Below are positions 1 to 27,868 of a stretch of 64,000 nucleotides of DNA, in pieces. The position numbers and the translations under genes were made by a program. Origin of the DNA: the human T2T-CHM13v2.0 reference genome, Homo sapiens; assembly GCF_009914755.1 (NCBI RefSeq), contig NC_060925.1. One strand, 5' to 3'. The notes under the pieces were generated by a model that was given only the letters and a program-made list of their open reading frames with translations, was not told the DNA's origin and searched no databases. Each line of letters opens with the position of its first letter. Position 1 is the stretch's first letter.

Positions 1-8131
<8,131 letters not shown>

Positions 8132-10479
8132 TTAAAGTACAAAGCTGCATACAGAGTATAAACACTTTATGCTTATTCAAAGAGTAAGTAGTGGCAAAAA
8201 TCTCTTTGCAATTGGGTAACAAAATTTCAACTTCTAGGAATGTTTCCCTCTTCCTTGTCCTTTTGAGAGCTGCCACCATCAAACAATTCAGACTCAACTG
8301 AATTAGCATCTCTTCAAGCACAGAGACCATATATTATTGATTTTTGTGTCTCCTGCATAGGATTAACTCAGTGTTTGTTATAACTAAGCTAAACTCCAAG
8401 ACAGGAGCTTCAAATCACCTCAGGCCCAATCCAAAACTGAAAAAAGACAAACCCACTTCTCAGAGTTTAGGAACAAAAAGATACTGACAAAGAACAAAGC
8501 CATAGATACTTGTGCTATATTATATTCCCTTATCACCAAATTCAGAGTCCTTTACTAATACTGCAGAAATAAGTTTGCAGATGATAAAAAGAATAAAAAA
8601 CATGGACCCTAAAGTTCTCCTGTCAACATGTTCAAATACCATAGACTCTTTCATCTTAAACTCATACTAACATCCACACACCCGAACAATGAAAATGAAA
8701 GGTTTTCAAATGAGACCTAAATATAAATTGGCTCTATTTTATTACATTTTAAGTTCCTAAAATCATATATATAAATCATGTGATTGTGCTTATGCTCATC
8801 TTCTAACTTGAGGGCCCAGTGTCTTTCATCAGATTCTCAAAAGGATAAGTGACCCCAAAAAATTTTAAGAACCACTCATCTAGCCTATCAAGAAACATCC
8901 CATTTTTCAGAAGAATACGGTTAAGTGGCTTAGTTTATGCATTCTTTCTTCATATTCATAGAGGGGATTCTTACTATATGAAATGAGTCTTTCAAAGGAT
9001 TCCTTCAGCCCAGCCAAGAAGTTCCAACATCCACAGGCACATGTATTAACAATTACCAGAACCCAAAAACAGTTCTCTGGTTTTAATTCCACACCGCCTC
9101 CCTCAACTTAATACCCACCACTGTCAAAACAACTCCCCTCACGTTGTACCCAGGCTATTTACAGAGACACCTTGATTATCCTCACGCCAAGGCATGGACC
9201 ATTTATTGAACAGGCAGTCAACAAATATTTGTTGAATGAATGAAAAAGGATCCTTCCTCCCACAGATTTCAAGTTAAGCTGTCAGCACCCATGCAGCTGC
9301 TCTGGTACAAGTTAAGCTGTGAAAGCCTTCTCTCCCTCACACATACAACCTCAAGTGTCAGAAATGCTCTGCTTCCTCCATAAATCCAAAATAATATAGT
9401 CATGGATATGCATTTCATACAGGTCAGACTCGGCAAGGACAGCTACGTTCCACATACATATCTGACACAATCGGTCTCCCCCAAATACAAGCCAACCAGT
9501 CTTATGTGCTCCTATCTTTCCAGCATACTCAGATTTGCCGACAAAGACTTCCTGAGGCACCATGGTATGCTGAATATACTGCTGCAGTAGTAGTGAAAAT
9601 ATGGGAGTTACAGTTCCAACTTTGTCACCAATTTAACATGCGGCCTTGGAGAAGTTCTCTCCTTATGCCTAAATTTCCTATTTTGTAAAATGGAAGAAAG
9701 CATCCTACCATTTTCACAGAGATTCAGTATCACAAAAAAACTGAAAGAGCTTTCTTATTGTATTGTAAACTATTACTATAAACCCGCGACAACAAATAAG
9801 GCCACCCATTCTTTACAACTTTGTAGTAATGATTCTGTTAAAGATATTTTGGCCCTTCACATTTACACAACTCACTCTAACCAAAGGCACAAACTATTCT
9901 TAAGACCACAACTGGCTATGCCAAGTTTCTCCCCTCCCTGACCTCACAGACACATGCTGTACAGAACACTACCATTGCCGCTCTTTCCCAACAAGTAACT
10001 AGGGGCTCCCAATCCCTAAAATACACACACATATCAACCTGCAAGGAACCTCCCAACATTTATTCAAGAAATAAGCTAACTTATAAGGGGAACTCCATTA
10101 CACTTACACAAATAAAGGCAAACTCTTACGGAAACACTTGCCATCCTCACATACACACACCAACACAGCCGCTACACACCAACAGACCATCTGTCTGCTA
10201 GACCAAAAACATCTCTTTCCATGTACAAACTAACCAGTGACATTTATTAAACTTACAACACTGAGATCATCCTGTCGTTCCCACATACCGTTCAACGCGG
10301 CAGGGACACCACAGACCTTGTCACACAGGTAAAATCCCCTCTCAAGATCGTGTCCTCGACCACTCTTATCCCTTAATTAAACACACACAAACTGGACTAT
10401 GGGGGAGGCTCCGATCATGCCTACAAACACAAACTAACCTGTCAGGGGCACAGCCGACTCCGCCTCCACTCGCTTACTT

Positions 10480-12060
10480 CCCAGCCCCCTCCGGGAGTCT
10501 GCCTGTCAGGGACACCCCTTCACCCCGCCTGGAGGGACTTCCCGGTAGGCTCAGGATCCCCCTCCCTGCTCTCCCCTCCCCCATCTTCACCACTGCTCTC
10601 TCAGAGATCCAGGTCCGGGAGATGACAGTGGCTCCCAGAAAGCCCAGGATTCAATCGCTGAGAGAGTGCTTAGGCCCGAATGCCGGCCCAAATCGTTCTA
10701 CTCACCGTGTCGGAGGCCGAGGCCGAGGCCGAGAGCGATGAGAGTGCAGGGAAGTGGGGAAGAGGGGGTGGCCGCCAGGCTCCTCCGCTTCCCTGGGTCC
10801 ACGGCGGATCCCTCCCGCTTGTCAGGAGGCGGCCAGCGGGTAAGCTGACTGGCGGAAATGCGAGAGAGGAGAAGGGAAAGGTGGAAGGCTAAAGGGGGCA
10901 AACTGAGGGGAGGCGGGTCCCGCAACCGAGACTGGGATCGTCTCCCCTCCGCAAAGCGAACCCAAAATGGCGGCGGGAGCGGCGGCGGCGGCGGCGGCAG
11001 CAGCAGAGTGGCGGCGGTGGCGGCGGCAGCTCCTCCAGAGGGAGGGAGCGAAGGGCGCCTAGCGCCCCCCTCAACCTCCCACTCCTCCCTCCTCGCGTTC
11101 TTCCCCACCGTCCCCCGCTCCGCCCGACTCCGTCCGCGTAGCGCGCACGCCCGCCCGCACGCGTACGAGTGTCTACGGGCTCGTCGCTGGCTGCTCCCAC
11201 CAACCACCACCTTCGGCCGCCCCGCGCGCCAGCCAGCCCGTACGCGCTCACCCACAGGAACCCCCTCGTCCAGTCCCTCACTACCCCTCAGGCCCTGTCA
11301 AGCCGGCGCCGGCGCAGGCCCTCACGCGTACCTTCAACGGCGCAAGCCCAAGCCTCCTCCTCCTCCTCCTCCACCTCCTCTTCTCTCCTCCCCCCCCTTC
11401 CCCGCCCCCACGGCCACCAACCGCCGCCACGGCCGCCGCCGCCGCCGCCAGCCCCCCCTACCACCCTCCACCCCTCGCGCGTGCGCCTCCCACAATCCCC
11501 CCCGCGGGACTGTTCCATTCCTGTCGGCTGCAGGGGCAGGAGAGGAAGGGACGGGCCGAGCGGGTCGGGGCTTGCCGTTTGACTGGAATTGCCAGAATGG
11601 CGGACCGAGCCCCACGACAACCTACCTCCCTGGGCTCCTCGCCGCAGCGCTGCGGCTCGCCTCCCTCTGCTCCTCCTCCTCCGCCGGATCGCGGCGAGCG
11701 GATCGAGGACTGCCTAGCGCCCCTCTGCCCACCGGTGGTTGGAGGCCGCGGCGGCTGCGCGTTGAGTCGTTTCCTGCCGGTTGACCTGAGCCTACTTCGC
11801 AGTAGCAGGACCGCTGCTGTGGAGCTGGTCGCAGGCGGTGTGTGCCGGTCGCCTAGTCAGGAGAACTAGTCCTCGACTCACGGTGAGGGAATGGACCGAC
11901 ACGGGTATTGTACCGCTGAGGGAAAGGAGCGGGACTCCGGACCTCCAGGAGGTAGGGAGTGAGGCCAGTAGGACCGGCGCGCCTCCGGGGGGATTCCTCC
12001 CGGGCGTTGAGTTGCCAACCTGGGACCCGAGGAAGATCGGCGTGGTGGTGTGCTTTTTGT
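10480..12060. promoter_or_regulatory. CpG-island bidirectional promoter (ASH1L / ASH1L-AS1, ancestral DAP3 side)
   Basis: Very GC- and CpG-rich and Alu-free. YY1-type motifs CAAAATGGCGGC (10963-10974) and AGAATGGCGG (11594-11603). (GGC)6 at 10981-10998, CCT run about 11354-11380, (GCC)6 at 11432-11449. Splice donors on both strands. Confidence 0.92.
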
Positions 12061-12500
12061 TGTTGTTAACCCTCCTCGGATTTCTCGAATTTCACACCAC
12101 TGTCCATATGCGATGATGTTTGTTTGCCCTTGACGCACTTACTCATGGATGGTACTTCTTCAGCCTCGTTAGACAGCCTGGTGATGGAGGATGAAGAAAC
12201 CATGTGCTTTTCATTCAGTTCTGGACTTAGTCTCCCTTTTCTTCCTTCAGCAAGTTATTTTTGTTAGTTCCTTATCAAAAAGTGTACATAAAAATTAGGC
12301 AACTCCAAACATGCCTCCAGGGTTAATGTGTGAAATAATAAGATAATATATGTAAAGTGGAATTAGCTCCTAGGCATAGGGAAAGTGCAGAATATTGCCG
12401 TGTTGTCATTTACAGTTCTGTTGATGTCGATAACGTTTGTGGGTGTAATTGGTAGTGTTCTGTCCCTCCAAGGAGTTAATAAAACAAAGCAAACATAGGC
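10600..12500 (+). ncRNA. ASH1L-AS1: ASH1L antisense RNA 1 (lncRNA; boundaries approximate)
   Basis: Plus-strand unit across the CpG island with AATAAA at 12478-12483 followed by GT-rich sequence. Name from known locus annotation. Confidence 0.65.
11597..11869 (+). CDS. 90-aa small ORF (MADRAPRQPTSLGSS...CRSPSQEN), probable APPLE micropeptide of ASH1L-AS1
   Basis: ATG at 11597 in strong Kozak context (ccAgaATGG); 273 nt to TAG gives exactly 90 aa, the length reported for the ASH1L-AS1-encoded APPLE peptide. Sequence identity to APPLE not verified. Confidence 0.6.
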   Translation: MADRAPRQPTSLGSSPQRCGSPPSAPPPPPDRGERIEDCLAPLCPPVVGGRGGCALSRFLPVDLSLLRSSRTAAVELVAGGVCRSPSQEN

Positions 12501-12751
12501 CTGTTAGGTTTCTGTGGCTACTGAATATTTGTTTCTCAAAACACTTGACTGATATTTGATAATTGAATGCAGCAGAAATACGGACGATTAAAGTCCACAA
12601 ATAATTCCAAAGTTTACTTGATCTAGTAGTTTTTACCTTTACCTAAAGGGTAAAGCAGAATAAATTACCGGAAGGATCTACTTGGGTTTCCCTTTCCTTC
12701 ACATTTGTGGACTCCTGGGGATCCAGGAAGTAATTCAGAAATGACTGTTCA

Positions 12752-13142
<391 letters not shown>

Positions 13143-13511
13143 TTACTTGTTTCGTTTCTTTAAGGTAAAGAGGAAAGCAGCCTTAATTACCTCATTGTAT
13201 ATTTTCCTAACCAAGTCCCACACTTTCATGGAGCCCACTTGTTTACCGATCTTTTGTTAGTTGCTTCATGCGTGCAAGTGTATTATGCTACCAATAACTT
13301 GTTTTATCTGAGAACAGGGACTATGTCTACTACTTAATTTACATAAAGCATCACAGGCTAGCGCAAAGCAAGTCACAGAAATATTGAAATGAGGCTGGGT
13401 GTGGTAGCTCACGCCTGTAATCCCAGTACTTTGGGAGGCCAAGGCGCATGGATCACGAGGTCACAAGTTCAAGACCAGCCTGGCCAACATAGTGAAACCC
13501 CGTCTCTACTA

Positions 13512-13846
<335 letters not shown>

Positions 13847-14419
13847 TCAAAAAAAAAAAAAAAAGAAAAAGAAAAGAAATATTGAAATGAATGTTAGATA
13901 CTTAAAATACCAGAAGAGAAAGACAATTAGCATTTGTGGACTACTGTGCCAGGGGAACACGTATTCCTGTTTAATCCTTATAATAAACAACACTTTGAGG
14001 TAGATAATCTTACCCTCATTTTACAAAAGAGAAGCCTGAGGCCCAGAGAAGTCCAGTAACAATCTTTAGACTCTAGTTTGCCTGTCTTTTAAAAACCTTA
14101 CTTTTTTCACTATACCACATTTTCTTCAAAGTAAAATTTCTCATCAGCAGCATAATTGCTGTGCTTCAAAGAAAAAAAAATGCCTTTACTGGAATTTCAC
14201 CACACCAGTGTATAGGGAGAGTTACTTACATATGGTCTCTGTGTTAAAATAAGTTTCATTAACTACACTGATCAATGAATTATCAGCTACATACAAGCAA
14301 ATGAGATACGATTCTGTTTTTTCATGTATGCCCCAGAGCCAACTAGAGACTAAAATATATTAAGTGCTCAATAAAATGACCTCACTGAATGAACAAACCC
14401 TGAATTATTTGAACCAATG

Positions 14420-14570
14420 AAGATAGAATAATGGTTTCCCCAAGGATATCCACTTCTTAATCCCTAAAACCTGTAAATATGATATGTTACATGACCAGGG
14501 AAAATTCAGGATGCAGAGGGAATTAAGGTTGCTAATCAGCTGACATTAAACTAGGGAGATTATCCAGGAG
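14420..14570. mobile_element. MLT1-type (MaLR) LTR fragment
   Basis: agaataatgg...ccaaggatatccac...ttaatccctaaaacctgtaaatatg...gattatccagg resembles an MLT1 end. Confidence 0.65.
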
Positions 14571-15187
14571 TGAGCTCTCTGCAATGGCCCTCTTCAGTTT
14601 TACTTCTGTAGCTGCCCATGCTTGTGTTCCTTTTCAGAAAGACAATAATGGAAAAGCATGTAAGCTGCCAGCACCACAGCACCACCGTCGAAGCTCCCTT
14701 TCTTCAAATTGGAGTGCTTGTCATAATACCTGTAGTAACCTCTCTGAACGCTCCAACAGTGCCTTCTTGTGTGAGATCACACGTTAATATTTAGTTTGGC
14801 AGTTCTGCTAGTTTGACATCCAGGAGTTTCTTCTCCTTCACTGGTACAGCCGACTCCATCTTGGGGTCCTGGTCTGATAAAAACTTTTAAAATGAGGTTT
14901 CAGGCTGGGCGCAGTGGCTCATGCCTATAAATCCCAACACTTTGGGCGACTGAGGCAGGAGGATTACTTGAGGCCAGGAGTTCAAGACCAGCCTGGTTAA
15001 CATAGCAAGACCCCCATCTCTACAAAAAATAAGAAAAATTAGCCAGGCCATGGTGGCATGTCCAGGAGTTTGAGGCTACCGTGAGCCATGATCACACACC
15101 ACTGCACTCCAGCCTGGGCAAGAGAGTGAAACTCTGTCTCTAAAATGTAAAACAAAATAAAGTTAATTTTTTTTTTTTTATTCTTGA

Positions 15188-15346
<159 letters not shown>

Positions 15347-15812
15347 TAGTAGAGATGGGGTTTCTCCATGTTTGTCAGGCTGCTCTTGAACTCCCGACCT
15401 CAGGTGATCCGCCCGTCTCGGCCTCCCAAAGTGCTGGGATTACAGGTGTGAGCCACCACACCCGGCCAGGTTAAAATATTAACCTGCTCTTAACTATGTT
15501 GCCTAGGCTGCAGACTAGCTCCCATGCTCAAGGGATCCTACCGCTGCCTCAGCCTCCTCGGTAGCCGGGACTACTGTTGGGCAGGAACTTGTTTTTTCTA
15601 AGATAAAATTTACTGAAGTATGGTCAGGGTTGACTTTACATTTGACGAGTTATGGTAAATGCTATGTAATCATAAGAGTTGGTTTTTTTTTTTTCCCCAC
15701 AGAGTCTTGCTCTGTCACCCAGGTTGCAGAGCAGTGGAGCAATCTCAACTCACTGCAACCTCTGCCTCCCGGGTTCAAGTGATTCTCCCGCCTCAGCCTC
15801 CTGAGTAGCTAG

Positions 15813-16153
<341 letters not shown>

Positions 16154-16326
16154 TAATTTTTGTATTTTTAATAGAGACAGCGTTTCGCCATGTTGGCCAG
16201 GCTGGTCTTGAACTCCTGGCCTTAGGTGATCCACCCGTCTTGGCCTCCCAAGTTCCTGGGATTTAGGCATGAGCCACTGTGCCTCGCCAAGAGCCATTAA
16301 AAATATTGGCTGGGCGTGGTGGCTCA

Positions 16327-16852
<526 letters not shown>

Positions 16853-16990
16853 TGAACTCCTGACCTTGTGATCCACCCACTTCAGCTTCCCAGAGTGCTG
16901 AGATTACAGGCATGAGCCACCGCGCCCAGCCAAAAAAAATTTTTATTTAAGACGGAAGAAATTTGAGATTTTTGTTTGGGTACAGGTTGA

Positions 16991-17116
<126 letters not shown>

Positions 17117-17669
17117 TGAGTAGCTGGGATTACAGATGCTCGCCACCACACCTGACTAATTTTTTGTGTTTTTAGTAGAGACAGGATTTCACTATGTTGG
17201 CCAGGCTGGTCTCAAACTCCTGACCTTGTGATCCACCCGCCTCAGTCTCCCAAAGTGCTGGGATTACAGGCATGATCCACTGCACCCAGCCAGTTTTTTT
17301 GTTTTGTTTTGTTTTGTTTACGAAAATGTTTGGGAACAAAAATGTTTTGAATTTGAGATTTGAGCTACTGCCCCCGGCCTTTTTTTCTTTTTCTTTTTCT
17401 TTTTCTTTTTCTTTTTTTTTTTTGAGAAGGAGTCTCACTGTGTTGCCCAGGCTAGAATGCAGTGGTGCAGTCTTGGCTCACTGCAACCTGCATCTCCCGG
17501 GTTCAAGTGATTCTCCTCCTGCCTCAGCCTCCTGAGTAGCTGAGATTCCAGGCACCCACCACCATACCCAGCTAAGTTTTGTATTTTAGTAGAGCCGGGG
17601 TTTCAGCATGTTGGTCAGGCTGGTCTTGAACTCCTGACCTCAAATGTTCCACCTGCCTCGGCCTCCCAA

Positions 17670-17701
<32 letters not shown>

Positions 17702-17709
17702 TATTTTGA

Positions 17710-17817
<108 letters not shown>

Positions 17818-17920
17818 TAGCTGGGACTACAGGCGCCCGCCACCACGCCCAGCTAATTTTTTGTATTTTTAGTGGAGACAGGGTTTCACCATGTTAGCCA
17901 GGGTGGTCTCGATCTCCTGA

Positions 17921-18171
<251 letters not shown>

Positions 18172-18329
18172 TAGTACAGACAGGATTTCACTATGTTGGC
18201 CAGGCTGTTCTCAAACTCCTGGCCTTGTGATCTACCCTCCTCAATCTCCCAAAGTGCTGAGATTACAAGCATGATCCACTGCACCCGGCCAGTTGTTTTT
18301 TTTGGTTTTTTTGTTTTTTTAGGTTTTTT

Positions 18330-18460
18330 TTACGAAAATGTTTGGGAACAGAAATGTTGTGGATTTGAGATTTTGTTGGATTTTGGAATATTTGTATTAT
18401 ACCTACTGTTTGAACATCCCAAGTTTGAAAATCTGAAACCTTAAGTGTTAACATGAGCAC
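18330..18460. mobile_element. Tigger4/Zombi-type DNA transposon fragment; its terminus tacaggttgag is at 16981, separated by Alus
   Basis: gaaaatgtttgggaacagaaatgttgtggatttgagatttt...ggattttggaatatttg...catcccaagtttgaaaatctgaaa motif. Confidence 0.65.
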
Positions 18461-18854
18461 CTTAATAAAGTTTGGACAGTATTTCTTTTATAAACAATAT
18501 TATTGATATTGCTAACTATTAACATTAGAAATGAAAGTCGAGAAAGATAATTACCTGGAACGTTAGTACCCAGAAATACCCAATTGTGTTGGTATTTGTT
18601 TTAAGTTTTCATTTTTATGCATCTCCACCTCAGAACCATAATCTAAATTTACAGTTGAATTCATTTCAATACCTCAGTGGTGTACCATTGAGTCCTAAAA
18701 TTCTAGAATGTTAATCCCAGTCATGTGTGTACACTAACATGCCTTTTTTGAAGTCTTTTGAAACCTATCAGATACAGTGTGGAGTCCATTTTGCTGAAGA
18801 GTATCTAGAATATCTGCTACCCTAAGAAGCAGTCATAGTCCCTTCCATAGTAGT

Positions 18855-19432
18855 TTAAGTTTTAAATTGTCCACTGTTCTGAGTAACGTGATGAAATTTT
18901 GCACCACCCTGTCCTGGATATGAATCAACATAACCACGCTGTACGTGCTCCCATTGGTCAGTCATTGACATCATCGGCTTTTGACATCCATCTGTGGACA
19001 TCAGCATGACTCAGTGATTCAGGATCACCCTAAGATGATCCCCCTTCTTAGGTATAGTCAGAAGGTTGATATTAGCTACATCAGAATTCCTAAGTCATTC
19101 ACTTTATCTTATCTTATAAGCGTTTTATCATCTCACTTCAACACAAGAAGGGTGAGCACGGTACTATGAGATATTTTGAGAATGAGCGAGACCATGTTCA
19201 CATAACTTTTGTATGGTATATTGTTCCGTTTTCTTATTGGTTATTGCTGTTCATTTGTTACTGTGCCAGATTTATAAATTAAACTTGATTATAGGTATAT
19301 ACCTATAGGAAAAAACTGTGTGTGTGTGTTTGTGTGTGTGTTTATTTATTTAGTGATCAGTACTCTGTATGGTTTCAGGCATCCCCTGGGAATCCTGCAG
19401 TGGGATCTCCCGAGGATAAGGGTGGACTACTG
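18855..19432. mobile_element. MER44-type (Tigger7-derived) DNA transposon remnant
   Basis: taagttttaaattg...ttctgagtaacgtgatgaaat internally; terminal ggtttcaggcatcc...ggataagggtggactactg followed by TA. Confidence 0.75.
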
Positions 19433-19756
19433 TATTTCCTTCCTTCTTGCTTTCTTCATTGCAGAAGAGCTAATGCAGCTTTAAAAGCTGGGGAGCTTTA
19501 AAAAGTGTATATTGTATCATCACTTGCACTGTTATCAGAATTGTAAACCACATGCATTATTTCTAGCAAAAACACCTATAGCTACAAGACTGAGGTTGGC
19601 CGGACACAATGCTCACATGTATAATCCCAGCACTTTATGGGAGGCCAAAGTGGGAGAATTGCTTCAGGCCAGGAGCTGAAGACCAGCCTGGCAACATAGC
19701 CCCATCTCTATAAAAAAGTAAAAATTAGCCAGTCATGGTGGTACATGCCTATAGTC

Positions 19757-19990
19757 CAAGCTTGTCGAACCTGTGGCCCATGGGCTGCATACAACCCAGG
19801 ACGGCTTTGAATAGGGCCCAACACAAATTGATAAACTTTCTTAAAACATTAAGAGCCTTTTTTTTCTGTGATTTCATTGTTGTTGTTGCTATTTTAGCTC
19901 ATCAGCTGTTGTTAGTGTTGGTGTGTTTTATGTGTGGCTCAAGACAATTCTTTCGACGTGGCCCAGGAAAGCCAAGATTGGACACCCCTG
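19757..19990. mobile_element. MER30 (hAT-Charlie MITE), 234 bp, inserted within an Alu
   Basis: Ends caagcttgtcgaacc... and ...gattggacacccctg; 8-bp TSD ctatagtc (19749-19756) / ctgtagtc (19991-19998). Confidence 0.85.
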
Positions 19991-20294
19991 CTGTAGTCCA
20001 AGCTCCTCAGGAGGCTGAAGGGAGAGGATCACTTGAGCCCAGGAGTTCAAGACTGCAGTGAGCGATGATACCACTGCACTCAAGCCTTGGAGACTGCAGG
20101 AGACCCTATCTCAAACAAAAACCTTAGAGCTTGGAGAAGTTAGCACTGTTGAAGTTTGTGATAATCAGTAAATTTCAGAACTCTTTTACTTTTATAGCTC
20201 TAACATTGCTCTAGGAATCCAAACCTGGGGAGATAGATATTATTAAGATGAGAAAATACAGCATAAGGAATTCTGCTTTTTCTCTCTGAAATTA

Positions 20295-20594
<300 letters not shown>

Positions 20595-20667
20595 TCAAAA
20601 AAAAAAAAAAAAAGAAATTAGTCTTTGTGAGCCAAACTTTTCCTATGGGACTTGGGATTTAGGACAA

Positions 20668-20884
20668 TCTCAACCTCAACACTGTTGACATTTGGGGATG
20701 GATCATTCTTTGTTGTGGGGGACTCCCTGTGCATTGTAGACTTTAGCAACATACCTGGCCTCTACTCACTCGATGCCAATAGCATCCTCCCTTCCCTCCC
20801 TCAGCTGTGACAACCAAAATGCCTCCAAACATTCATTGTCAAATGTTGGGGGAGGGGACAAAATCCCCCTGGTAGAGAACTACT
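20668..20884 (-). mobile_element. MER20 (hAT-Charlie)
   Basis: tctcaacctcaacactgttgacattt...gtgacaaccaaaatgcctccaaacatt...caaaatccccctggtagagaactact. Confidence 0.8.
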
Positions 20885-21186
20885 AATTTAGAGAAAGAAT
20901 TACTGATCATGAGGAATCAGTCTGGGTTTAGTACAAAAGAAAGTCATGACAGACAAATATATCCTTCTTGTTAGAATTCCTGGAATGGCCGGGTGCGGTG
21001 GCTCACGCCTGTAATCCCAGCACTTTGAGAGGACAGGCTGGTGGATCACGAAGTCAGGAGTTCAAGACCATCCTGGCCAAGATGGTGAAACCCCGTCTCT
21101 ACTAAAAATACAAAACTTAACCAGCCATGGTTTCGGGCACCTGTAATCCCAAGCTACTCGGGAGGCTGAGGCAGAGAATTGCTTGA

Positions 21187-21557
<371 letters not shown>

Positions 21558-21696
21558 TAAAGTTAGGCATTTGATAATCTCGCACAGTGGCTTTTTGGAG
21601 AAATGTATACTGAATGTTTAATTGGTTGAATAACCATACCCAAAGGCTACATGTTAGCAAAATGGGTTGAAGTTCCCTTAACCATGGACATACAGG

Positions 21697-22040
<344 letters not shown>

Positions 22041-22057
22041 TCAGGAGTTTGAAACTA

Positions 22058-22390
<333 letters not shown>

Positions 22391-23287
22391 TCACAAAAAA
22401 AAAAAAAAAAAAATTACAAACTGTACCCAGGCTATGCTAGGCAATCGTATCCTGTTAAATAGTTGTATCAATGACTTGAATGAGATCGATGTGGATATAT
22501 TTTTCAAATTTATACCTTTTGCAAAATTTTTAAAGGGTGGGTAATATGTTGGTGACAGATTTTAAAAAACAAAAAGATCTTCAGATGTGGAATCTTCTGT
22601 TGGATCTTATAACAAAAAGAAGACATTAGGCTGGGTGCAGTGGCTCACGCCTGTAATCCCAGCACTTTTAGGAGGCAGAGGCAGGCATATCGCTTGAGCC
22701 CAGGAGTTGAAGACCAGCCTGGACAACATGGTGAAACCCCATCTCAACAAAAAACACAAAAATTAGCCAAGTGTAGTGGCATATGCCTGTAGTCCAAGCT
22801 ACTTGAGAGGCTGAAGTCCAAGGATTGAGGTGGAGATTACAATGAGCCAAGATCACGTCATCACACTGCAGCCTAGGTGACAGAGCAAGACCTTGTCTCA
22901 AAAAAAGAAAAAGACATAGCAGAAAAGCTGAGGAAATCCAAATAAAATCTGTAGTTTAGTAAATAGTATTGTTCCAACTTTAATTTCTTAATTTTGATAA
23001 CTGTCCTATAGTTGTATATATATATATAGACATATATATAACATTAAGGAAAGCTGAATGAAGAGTGTACGAAAGCTCTTCGTACTACGTTTGCAACTCA
23101 TCTGTAAGTTTACATTGGTTTGTTTGTTTGCTTGCTTTCAAATAGGACCTCACTCTGTTACCCAGGCTGGAGTGCAGTGGTGCAATCCTAGCTCACTGCA
23201 ACCTCTAGCTTCTTGACTCAAGGGATCCTCCTGCCTCAGCCTCCTGAGCAGCCAGAACTACAGGCACAGGCAACTATGTTCAGCTAA

Positions 23288-23680
<393 letters not shown>

Positions 23681-23789
23681 TAAAGTGCTGGGATTACAGG
23701 TGTGAGCCACCATGCCAGGCTAATACTTGTACTTTCTATGAGTAAAAATAAATGAGTTCTTTGACCCTCAAAAAAAAAAAGAGAGAGAG

Positions 23790-26640
<2,851 letters not shown>

Positions 26641-26888
26641 TAGCAATATTTTTTTAAAAAAAGGACTGGTGATTTTAGTGAACTGTGTTCTCCGTATGAA
26701 GCACTGGTGTGATGGAGTTACAAAAGTCGCTCTTGGAAATATAATATCCTAAATTAGGGAAACAGTAGATCATACCTGAAGTGTATTGGGGTAATATAGA
26801 GAAGGGACTTGTACTGCATGATAATTGCTTTAGGAAACTGAAAGCATTTATGGGGGAGGGGTGGGGAGCAGAGGACCATAACTACCTT

Positions 26889-26922
<34 letters not shown>

Positions 26923-27107
26923 AGATAGAGTCTCACTCTGTCACCCACACTGGCGTGCAGTCTTGGCTCACTGCAACCTCCGCCTCCCAGGTTCACGTGA
27001 TTCTTGTGCCTCAGCCTCCCAAGTAGCTGGAACTACAGGCATGCGCCACCACGCCCGGCTAATCTTTTTTTTTTTTTTTTTTTTTGAGACGGAGTCCCAC
27101 TCTTTAG

Positions 27108-27272
<165 letters not shown>

Positions 27273-27274
27273 TA

Positions 27275-27397
<123 letters not shown>

Positions 27398-27700
27398 TCA
27401 GTAGAGACGAGGTTTCGCCATATTGGCCAGGCTGGTCTCAAACTCCTGACCTCAGGTGATCTGCCCACCTCGGCCTCCCAAAGTGCTGGGATTACAGGTG
27501 TGAGCCACTGCACCCGGCCCATAACTACCTTTAATAATTGAAAAGCTGTCATGTGGAAGATGGCTTGTAAAACCCAAGAGGAGGCCAGGTGTGGTGGCTC
27601 ACGCTTGTCATCCCAGCACTTTGGGAGGCTGGGGCAGGCGGATCACCTGAGGTTGGGAGTTCAAGACCAGCCTGACCAACATGGAGAAACCCCGTCTCTA

Positions 27701-27868
<168 letters not shown>

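Noticed and set aside
10858-11784. 308-aa ATG-initiated ORF and overlapping 90-185 aa ORFs in the CpG island
   Set aside because: Low-complexity Pro/Arg/Gly/Ala sequence expected from stop-poor GC-rich DNA; several frames on both strands are open; no recognisable domain. Ribo-seq would be needed to revive it.
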